IMG/VR virus record: IMGVR_UViG_3300025357_000908
Location: 58,737-122,736 of that record
DNA: 64,000 nucleotides
Direction: 5' to 3' (one strand)
Origin: a virus
Taxonomy: Duplodnaviria; Caudoviricetes
Of this stretch, positions 57,101 through 64,000 are shown in pieces. Numbering within the stretch: position 1 is the first letter of the stretch; every line of letters begins with the position of its first letter. Below the pieces are notes generated by a model that was not told the origin of the DNA, did no database searches, and worked only from the letters and a program-made list of their open reading frames with translations. Position numbers and translations under genes: made by a program.

Positions 57101-59797
57101 ACCGCTATAACCGGAAATACCACTATAGCCTGACGTACCGCTAAAGCCGCTAATGCCGCTATAACCTGAAATACCGCTGAAGCCTGAAATACCAGAATCA
57201 CCAGAGTAACCTGAAATACCAGACCAGCCACTGAAGCCTGATTGACCAGAATAGCCTGAGTAACCAGAGATACCAGAGAAGCCAGACCAGCCACTGATAC
57301 CACTAAAGCCTGATTGACCGGAGTAGCCAGAAATACCAGACCAGCCGCTATAGCCCGAAATACCGCTAAAGCCTGAAATACCGGAATCACCAGACCAACC
57401 ACTAATACCACTAAAGCCTGATTGACCGGAGTAGCCAGAAATACCAGACCAGCCGCTAATACCAGAGAAGCCTGAAATACCTGAGAAACCAGATATACCG
57501 CTATAACCGCTAATACCGGAGTAGCCAGAGATACCTGAATAACCGCTTATACCTGAATCACCAGAATAACCGGATATACCGCTAAAGCCTGACCAACCTG
57601 AAATACCAGACCAACCAGAGTAGCCTGAGTAACCTGATATACCGCTATAGCCAGAAATACCACTAAAGCCACTTATACCAGAAGTACCAGAGTAACCTGA
57701 AATACCGGACCAGCCACTATAACCTGAAATACCGCTAAAGCCGCTTATGCCGGAATCACCAGAGTAACCCGATATACCGCTGAAGCCTGACCAACCGCTG
57801 ATACCAGACCAGCCAGAGTAGCCTGAAATACCAGACCAACCGCTAATGCCACTAAAACCTGAAATACCAGACCAGCCACTAATACCTGAGTAGCCAGAAA
57901 TACCTGACCAACCGGAGTAACCTGAAATACCAGAGTAACCAGAGATACCAGAATCGCCTGAGAAGCCAGACCAACCTGAAATACCAGAGAAGCCTGATTG
58001 ACCGGAGTAGCCGCTATAGCCAGACCAGCCTGATACACCACTAAAGCCAGAAATACCACTAAAACCAGATATACCAGAATCACCAGACCAGCCAGAAATA
58101 CCAGAGAAGCCTGACTGACCGGAATAACCTGAAGTACCGGAATAACCGGAAATACCAGACCAACCAGAGGTACCAGAATCGCCCTTTACCTGACCAACGT
58201 TATTCCAGGTACCACCTGCATGAATTTGAATTGTTGTTGGAGCCGAGAAGTCTGTAGCGGTTGCTAATGTTAAAGTATAATATGTACCGTTACCATCAGA
58301 ACCAGATACTACATTTGTAATCTCTGTTTGAGATTTACCATCTGTAACCTTTGAACCTGTTACTGGTGGATTTGAAGGAACCGTATCGTATACTTTTAAG
58401 TGAGTAGAATCACTTTGATTTGTACTACCGTAATACTTTGCTGTATCGTATACAGTTATTACTTCACCACTATATACCCATAAATCACCGGTTGTTTCAT
58501 CGATGATACCATCACCATTGACAGCATATGGTTCTGCATTGTTTAAAGTTGTTTGCGGGTTGTTTGGTGGGTTTACGTTAGCATCAGGTACAGATGTTAA
58601 GATCTTTACTGAAGTACCATCTTGACCAGAATAACCTGAGTAACCAGAAATACCTGATTCACCCGAAATACCAGACCAGCCGGAGTAACCGGAAATACCG
58701 CTAAAACCGGACCAGCCTGAAATGCCAGACCAGCCACTAAAGCCTGAAATACCACTATAACCGCTTATACCGGAATCACCAGAGTAACCAGAAATACCAG
58801 AATAACCAGATATACCACTAAAGCCTGACCAACCGCTAATACCTGACCAACCAGAGAAGCCTGATTGACCAGAATAACCGGAGTAGCCGGAAATACCACT
58901 AAAGCCTGAAATACCAGAGAAGCCACTATAACCAGATATACCAGAATCGCCTGAGTAACCTGAAATACCAGACCAACCTGAAATACCGCTAAAGCCGCTA
59001 ATACCGCTAAAGCCTGAAATACCAGACCAACCTGAAATACCAGAGAAGCCTGATTGACCAGAATAACCTGAATAGCCACTTATACCAGAGTAGCCTGAAA
59101 TACCAGAGTAACCGCTTATACCTGAAGTACCGGAATAACCTGAAATACCAGAGAAGCCACTAATACCACTAAAACCTGAAATACCAGAATCGCCGGAGTA
59201 ACCACTAATACCTGACCAACCGCTAATACCTGAAAAGCCAGATTGACCAGAATAGCCTGAATAACCAGAAATACCGCTAAAACCACTAAAGCCCGATATA
59301 CCGCTAAAACCGCTTATACCAGAATCACCTGAGTAACCGGAAATACCGCTAAAGCCACTGATACCACTAAAGCCCGATATACCAGAAAAACCAGACCAAC
59401 CGCTAATACCTGAAAAGCCAGATTGACCGCTATAACCACTGTAACCTGAAATACCACTAAAGCCGCTAATACCACTAAAACCTGATATACCGGAATCGCC
59501 AGAATAACCGGAGATACCAGACCAGCCAGAGTAACCTGAAATACCGCTAAAGCCTGAAATGCCTGAAAAACCGCTTATACCAGACCAACCACTAATACCA
59601 CTATAGCCTGATATACCAGATGTACCTGAAAAACCGCTTATGCCTGAGGTACCGGAATAGCCTGAAATACCAGACCAGCCGCTATAACCTGATATGCCGG
59701 AGTCACCGCTGTAACCAGACCAGCCAGAGACACCTGAGCCGGAAAAGCCTGAATAACCTGAGACACCGATTGGATTGTATACGTTGAAAAATGCCAT
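54134..59797 (-). CDS. Giant fibre protein with (Gly-X-Ser)n collagen-like blocks
   Basis: 1887 aa; four long GXS blocks separated by globular inserts; C-terminal fibre-like domain (VKWQGGSAP...VDVYTF). Confidence 0.85.
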   Translation of the reverse strand: MAFFNVYNPIGVSGYSGFSGSGVSGWSGYSGDSGISGYSGWSGISGYSGTSGISGFSGTSGISGYSGISGWSGISGFSGISGFSGISGYSGWSGISGYSGDSGISGFSGISGFSGISGYSGYSGQSGFSGISGWSGFSGISGFSGISGFSGISGYSGDSGISGFSGISGFSGFSGISGYSGYSGQSGFSGISGWSGISGYSGDSGISGFSGISGFSGISGYSGTSGISGYSGISGYSGISGYSGYSGQSGFSGISGWSGISGFSGISGFSGISGWSGISGYSGDSGISGYSGFSGISGFSGISGYSGYSGQSGFSGWSGISGWSGFSGISGYSGISGYSGDSGISGYSGISGFSGWSGISGWSGFSGISGYSGWSGISGESGISGYSGYSGQDGTSVKILTSVPDANVNPPNNPQTTLNNAEPYAVNGDGIIDETTGDLWVYSGEVITVYDTAKYYGSTNQSDSTHLKVYDTVPSNPPVTGSKVTDGKSQTEITNVVSGSDGNGTYYTLTLATATDFSAPTTIQIHAGGTWNNVGQVKGDSGTSGWSGISGYSGTSGYSGQSGFSGISGWSGDSGISGFSGISGFSGVSGWSGYSGYSGQSGFSGISGWSGFSGDSGISGYSGISGYSGWSGISGYSGISGWSGISGFSGISGWSGISGYSGWSGISGWSGFSGISGYSGDSGISGFSGISGYSGWSGISGYSGTSGISGFSGISGYSGISGYSGYSGWSGISGWSGFSGISGYSGDSGISGYSGISGYSGISGYSGISGFSGISGFSGISGWSGISGYSGQSGFSGISGWSGDSGISGFSGISGYSGWSGISGYSGQSGFSGISGWSGFSGISGYSGYSGQSGFSGWSGISGYSGDSGISGFSGISGYSGISGFSGTSGYSGISGYSGISGYSGDSATTELRITYSNSFTPGQVIYKTDGGYALAKADSINTVDAIGIIKSSDGATFTIVYNGQISNLSGLSDGYGYYLSDTVAGQLTTTAPTASGSFIKPMLIATGTTTGVVVEYPATQIGATNNGTSGYIAMWTSNQTLGNSLIQQFDNTVVFNGNFAVTGIISMSGGNLQGYSGYSGFSGRNGAASSSGYSGYSGYSGTSGMSGYSGPQGDPGVSGFAGTDGASGFSGYSGDSGISGYSGYSGLSGFSGYSGTSGISGWSGISGYSGYSGVSGYSGISGYSGWSGYSGISGWSGYSGYSGWSGISGYSGISGYSGISGYSGWSGISGYSGISGYSGISGYSGISGWSGISGYSGISGWSGISGYSGWSGISGYSGISGYSGISGYSGWSGISGYSGISGYSGISGYSGISGWSGISGYSGISGYSGWSGISGYSGISGYSGISGYSGWSGISGYSGISGYSGISGYSGISGFSGSGVSGFSGFPAVGITYYPTTSASEFSIQYGILSEVPQSTAQTFTAYTLSASDGLITLGQVVTPISDPGEIELGKGTWQFNAYYALTGTNPSTTTTTLKHSIYKRSYPGGTETLLFNVISDPLVNTDTANPALSITQYTITTPIALDITDRLVYRVQAQTTDTDGVTVEFYYGGTDHYSFISTGIYRGATGTSGFSGISGYSGISGYSGISGWSGISGYSGISGYSGISGYSGYSGQSGFSGISGYSGISGYSGWSGISGYSGISGYSGISGWSGISGYSGISGYSGISGYSGYSGQSGFSGISGYSGISGYSGWSGISGWSGISGYSGISGWSGISGYSGWSGISGYSGISGYSGPGANQTLNTTSNVTFNNATFNGIVTIQTEYEPTTIVGTAAGATYTYDVLSDSVIYNSAASTSNLTINVRGNSSTALNSTLSTGQAITVAYMQTNGGVGYYVTGFQVDGTNQTVKWQGGSAPSSGNANSVDVYTFTVLKTGSSTYVVMGSLATFK
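54600..59770 (-). repeat. Degenerate 9-bp coding tandem repeats (four blocks)
   Basis: ACCAGA/ACCGCT/ACCTGA periodic units encoding SG(I/Y/F/W). Confidence 0.95.
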
Positions 59798-59904
59798 AAT
59801 ATTAGTGGTTACAGATTATTTATAATTCTCGCTTCTATTTTAGAAACGTTTAACCAATAATAGTACTAATTTTTATTAAACTTAACTTATCTCGGATTTA
59901 TTTA

Positions 59905-61086
59905 TTATACCAGCCTTTCAATACAAATCATATTGTTATTATAACTTGTACCAACTATCATGGTAATACGCCAAGCTATGCCAGCTGTGGTGTCCATAAG
60001 CGTCCAAGTATTACTTTGACCACCTGCACCAAAATTATAACCAGAATTGATATATGCGGGAGTGGTAGTAATGGACAATTTAGAAACATCCCCAATAACT
60101 GTACCGTTAACACCACCGGTGGTATACACGTCACTACCATATACCGTATATGTACCTGAAACTGTAGACACTTGTAGGCTACGATTACCAGAAGTAGCCA
60201 TTCTTACCTTAAGATTACCTAAAATTACATCTGTACCTGCATTGACAAAAGCACTCGCTTTTGTTACAATGTTGCTTGCGGATACGCTCTGAAACACTAC
60301 ACTACTTGTTGTATTAAGTGTTTGATCAGCGCCCGGACCAGAATAGCCACTATAACCTGAATTACCATATGCTATTAAGTGAGCGCTGAAATATGTACCT
60401 TGACCGGAACTACCACCGGATTGTAATTGTTGATTAGATGGATTACCGGTATAGACTGTAAAGTCCATATAATCAGTTGTACCGTTTAAATAAACTATCT
60501 TTGATTCGGTTTGTGTATAACCATTACCTGATAAAATTTGTGTTTGAGTAATAGCCTGGGTGGACCCATTCTTTCTCATTTGAATGTTGGATTGATTGGT
60601 TACTGTAGAACCAATTGTCCACCATACCTGATATGTTACATTATAATAACCAGCTATTGTTGGTGTAAATTTGTATGTAGAAGGATTATACCAATTATTA
60701 GGGTCAACAGCATCTATAAAAGGCAAAATCCTATCAGCACCAGAAGTAACAACCAAGTCTCCGCTTAACTGTGCTACTACAACGTAATTACTTGCAGCAA
60801 GTGTTGATATACCAGAATAACCTGAAATACCGCTATATCCAGAAATACCACTGTAACCAGAAGTACTGTTACCAGAGTAACCTGAAACACCGCCACGGCC
60901 AGCCACTTCAATTTCAAACCAAGGATCATCATTACCGCCAAAATCTGTATTAGAGTTTACTCCGACAGAACCACCAGCAAGACTTGTTAGTTGCAACGCG
61001 ACTTGTGTATTTACACCTGGTGTGATTGTTGCTTGTGCTATACCACCGAAAGCTGCAAAACCAGCTGCATCAGAAGCACTGTTACA
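59905..61086 (-). CDS. C-terminal part of the second GXS fibre gene (frameshifted)
   Basis: Frame stays open upstream of the TTG at 60996 to 61086; C1q-like domain (FTPTIAGYY.V...YLNGTTDY); GXS segments. Confidence 0.7.
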   Translation of the reverse strand, partial: CNSASDAAGFAAFGGIAQATITPGVNTQVALQLTSLAGGSVGVNSNTDFGGNDDPWFEIEVAGRGGVSGYSGNSTSGYSGISGYSGISGYSGISTLAASNYVVVAQLSGDLVVTSGADRILPFIDAVDPNNWYNPSTYKFTPTIAGYYNVTYQVWWTIGSTVTNQSNIQMRKNGSTQAITQTQILSGNGYTQTESKIVYLNGTTDYMDFTVYTGNPSNQQLQSGGSSGQGTYFSAHLIAYGNSGYSGYSGPGADQTLNTTSSVVFQSVSASNIVTKASAFVNAGTDVILGNLKVRMATSGNRSLQVSTVSGTYTVYGSDVYTTGGVNGTVIGDVSKLSITTTPAYINSGYNFGAGGQSNTWTLMDTTAGIAWRITMIVGTSYNNNMICIERLV

Positions 61087-62711
61087 TCAGCAACACTACC
61101 TATAGCTGTAGAAGTTGTTACATTGTACCAACCGAAACCTGGTCGGTTGATACCACCGGAAGCAGAAAGTGAAGGGACTTGAGCTTTTAATGAATACGTA
61201 TAACCAGCAGATAAAGTTACAACACCTGTAGATGTGTTAAGCGTAATATAACCTTGACCAAGATCGGTATCAGCTGAATTAAATTTTAATGTTTGCCCGG
61301 TTGCTGTAAAGCCTTGACCTGTTGTTTTACTACCTCTAAAATAAGGTACGGGAGCAGCTACTCCAGTAGCACCAGAGTAGCCTGAAGCACCAGAATAGCC
61401 TGAAGCACCGTTTGAACCTATTGTTCCGTTTTGTCCGGAATAACCGCTGTAACCTGAAATACCGGAACCAGAGTAGCCTGAACGACCAGAATAACCAGAT
61501 GCACCGTCGTTACCGTTATTACCTGAATAACCACTTATACCGCAATAACCTGAACGACCTGAATAACCAGAAACGCCATCATTACCATTATTACCTGAGT
61601 AACCAGAAACCCCTGAGCCACTATAACCTGAATAACCAGAAATACCTGAATAACCTGACCAACCAGATATACCTGAAAAACCTGATTGCCCAGATGCACC
61701 ATCGATACCTGAAAAACCTGAAAAACCGCTATAACCTGACCTACCTGAATAACCAGAACCACCTATGCCGGAATATCCAGAAAAACCAGAACCTGCATAT
61801 TGGCCATCTTTACCAGAAAAACCCGAAAAACCAGAGTAACCAGAATAACCACTCAAACCAGAATAACCAGACGCACCGTTACTTCCAGCAGTACCGTTTA
61901 TACCACTATAACCTGAATATCCAGATAAACCTAAACCTGAATAGCCAGATATACCTGAATACCCAGATCTGCCAGAAAAACCTGACCACCCGCTCATGCC
62001 ACTATAACCAGATACACCTCCACCGCCACCGTTAAAAGGAGCACCACTTAAAAAATACGTTCCTGTTATGTTAATGTTACCAGTAATTGTTACATCAGCG
62101 TCAATTGTAACGTCTGGTCCTGTATCAAATATACTACTATTACCTAATGCATGCGGACCGGTCCATCTTGCAAGATAACCACTGGACCCGTTATTAGTAC
62201 TACCTATAACAACACCTGGGTATTCAACGACAATACCTTTATTTGTACCTACCGCTATTAAAACTGGTTTTATAACACTACCACTTGCTATAGGTGCTGT
62301 GGTTGTTAACAACCCTGGTGTTGTATCAGAAAGATAATAACATGCAGCATCTGTTAACCCAGATAAGTTTGAAATATAACCGTTAATAACTAACGTAAAA
62401 TTATTACCATCTGAGTCTTGCACAACCCCTATAATTTCAGAAGTACTGACATCATTTGCCAAAGCTAAATCATAACCACCAACGGTTTTATATATTGCTT
62501 GCCCAGGAGTATACGAATTAGTATATGCTATTCTTTGTATTAGCGGTGCGTTTGTTCCAGCTACACCTGAATAACCTGAACTACCAGAGTAACCAGAATA
62601 ACCGGATGCTCCATCTGCACCAATGATACCGTCTTTACCGGAATATCCAGAATATCCAGAAAATCCAACTGGGTTATACGTATAAGCAAATGGCGTTGAA
62701 ACAATAGACAT
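61038..62711 (-). CDS. Second GXS fibre protein, N-terminal part
   Basis: YNPVGFSGYSG start and a globular domain paralogous to the 1887-aa protein; the last ~14 codons look out of frame. Confidence 0.8.
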   Translation of the reverse strand: MSIVSTPFAYTYNPVGFSGYSGYSGKDGIIGADGASGYSGYSGSSGYSGVAGTNAPLIQRIAYTNSYTPGQAIYKTVGGYDLALANDVSTSEIIGVVQDSDGNNFTLVINGYISNLSGLTDAACYYLSDTTPGLLTTTAPIASGSVIKPVLIAVGTNKGIVVEYPGVVIGSTNNGSSGYLARWTGPHALGNSSIFDTGPDVTIDADVTITGNINITGTYFLSGAPFNGGGGGVSGYSGMSGWSGFSGRSGYSGISGYSGLGLSGYSGYSGINGTAGSNGASGYSGLSGYSGYSGFSGFSGKDGQYAGSGFSGYSGIGGSGYSGRSGYSGFSGFSGIDGASGQSGFSGISGWSGYSGISGYSGYSGSGVSGYSGNNGNDGVSGYSGRSGYCGISGYSGNNGNDGASGYSGRSGYSGSGISGYSGYSGQNGTIGSNGASGYSGASGYSGATGVAAPVPYFRGSKTTGQGFTATGQTLKFNSADTDLGQGYITLNTSTGVVTLSAGYTYSLKAQVPSLSASGGINRPGFGWYNVTTSTAIGSVADVTVLLMQLVLQLSVV

Positions 62712-62774
62712 AATACTTTACATACTTATCAAAGAATGTTAATAAATCGCATGTAAGATTAGCTATTTAAAAGC

Positions 62775-64000
62775 TTAGAAATACATTTGATACCAAGTTG
62801 GTACACCGCCTATTAACCCTGCATATACCCAAGTAATAGGTTGTGCTCCAAATTGCCCACCGAGTGGAACGTAAGCTGCAATATAAGAAGTACCTTGACC
62901 GAATGGGTATACTGGACCACCGCCTTGGAATTGTAGCATACCTACTTGACCTGCAGCAGGTTTGTATATCAAATAATTTACACCATTTGGAGTTGAAGCC
63001 GTGCCTGCTCCTGGATCCCACGTACCGGCACTGGTAGCTGTAAAAGAAAAGCCTGGGTAACTTTGCGAAGCTCCTACAGCAGACCAATTAGTATCCCCGG
63101 TTGTTACAATCGTGTATACTTTACCAGGAACAAAATAACCTGCACTAACTATAGTAGTTAATGTAATACTTGGAGCACAAACAACATCACCTACGTTTGG
63201 ACTTGAAGGAAATTCAACTACTATACCATATGTACTGTTAGTGTGTATCGGGCCGTCATTTATAATGAGTGTTTTAGTACCACTGCTAAATTGTTTACCA
63301 TATACAATCTGAGAACTTAAACCAGATAGAGTCGGGTTATTATATAAACCTTCGATATCTCCGGTTAGAGTGTATGTAGTCCAATAACTATCAGCTTTTG
63401 CACTTATAGATATAACATCAGAGTAGTTAATAGAACCACCTCCAGTACCTGCTGCACCAGAATAACCAGATATACCACTCGCACCAGTAGCACCACTATA
63501 ACCTGATGTACCGTTGTTGCCATTAGCACCAGAATAACCAGATATACCACTGTAGCCTGATTGACCGGTAATATTTGATTGTAAATACCAGGTGCTTATA
63601 CCAGCACTGTACTGCCAAACCGTGTTGCTTACGTTTTGGAAATACATATCTTTATCTTGTAAACCTGGAATTGTACTTAACGGATCACTGCTACCAGTAA
63701 ACCATACTGTACCTCTTGTACCTGAAACACCGCTATAACCGGAAATACCATCATTACCGTTAGTACCGTTAGCGCCGGTAGCACCAGAGTAACCAGATAT
63801 ACCACTGTAACCAGAAGCTCCCGTACCACCGCTACCAGTGTAAGCAGTTGTTTGTATAGTACCGTCAGGGAACACTAACGTACCACTTAAAGTACTGTTA
63901 GGTAAGGTTAATGCACCGCTTGTATCAAATGTCCACCGCGAGCCGTACCCAGCCACATCAGGATATGAATCTCCTGTACCAATAACCATAGCACCATCGG
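62775..64000 (-). CDS. Third GXS-containing fibre protein, 5' end outside the window
   Basis: FPDGTIQTTA, GXS repeats, GTVWFTGSSDP..GLQDKDMY fibre motifs. Confidence 0.8.
   Translation of the reverse strand, partial: DGAMVIGTGDSYPDVAGYGSRWTFDTSGALTLPNSTLSGTLVFPDGTIQTTAYTGSGGTGASGYSGISGYSGATGANGTNGNDGISGYSGVSGTRGTVWFTGSSDPLSTIPGLQDKDMYFQNVSNTVWQYSAGISTWYLQSNITGQSGYSGISGYSGANGNNGTSGYSGATGASGISGYSGAAGTGGGSINYSDVISISAKADSYWTTYTLTGDIEGLYNNPTLSGLSSQIVYGKQFSSGTKTLIINDGPIHTNSTYGIVVEFPSSPNVGDVVCAPSITLTTIVSAGYFVPGKVYTIVTTGDTNWSAVGASQSYPGFSFTATSAGTWDPGAGTASTPNGVNYLIYKPAAGQVGMLQFQGGGPVYPFGQGTSYIAAYVPLGGQFGAQPITWVYAGLIGGVPTWYQMYF

Larger units (their letters stand above)
35779..62728 (-). promoter_or_regulatory. 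Dispersed late-promoter-like motif TAARTA (multiple sites)
   Basis: TAAGTA/TAAATA at 35779, 41742, 45016, 45628, 46221, 48608, 49237, 50394, 51461, 59817 and 62723, each 5-20 nt before a start codon. Confidence 0.7.

Noticed and set aside
54559-59079. Several V/L/A-rich minus-strand ORFs (e.g. 54559-55044, 57061-57411) that look like membrane proteins
   Set aside because: Alternative-frame shadows of the 9-bp GXS coding repeat
54600-62000. Possible CRISPR array or DGR template/variable repeat pair
   Set aside because: Repeats are in-frame 9-bp degenerate coding units with no unique spacers; no reverse transcriptase or adenine-specific variation seen

Overview
AT-rich window from a large T4-like (contractile-tailed) phage genome, probably of a Gram-negative host. 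Three blocks. (1) 1-16.3 kb, + strand: replication operon (3' part of family-B DNA polymerase, UvsX, gp41 helicase, DHH phosphoesterase, gp32, gp45 clamp, RNase H-like nuclease, ClpP-like protein) with a 7-deazaguanine DNA-modification module inserted directly after the polymerase (TGT/DpdA-like protein, PurN-like formyltransferase, P-loop kinase, QueF; FolE further on). (2) 16.3-27.9 kb: accessory island with 2OG-Fe(II) oxygenases, methyltransferases, a cupin, two Trp-halogenase-like flavoproteins, an outer-membrane beta-barrel, tRNA-Gly(GCC), tRNA-Glu(TTC) and a tmRNA with an unusually long predicted tag. (3) 27.9-64 kb, mostly - strand: a five-gene glycosylation cluster (Glf, GT60, GT4-like, GT25, GT11) co-oriented with spike, baseplate, four tube paralogs and sheath; candidate head-packaged enzymes; and three fibre genes built on nearly proline-free (Gly-X-Ser)n repeats (X mostly I/Y/F/W). 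Best candidates for new biology, all inferential: (a) a phage-encoded protein O-glycosylation pathway acting on serine-collagen fibres, (b) possible nucleotide-level, whole-genome formyl-preQ1 substitution, (c) a phage tmRNA long-tag/ClpP pair, (d) a shared N-terminal capsid-targeting leader on nucleotidyltransferase-like cargo. All calls come from motif recognition only; no database searches were run.
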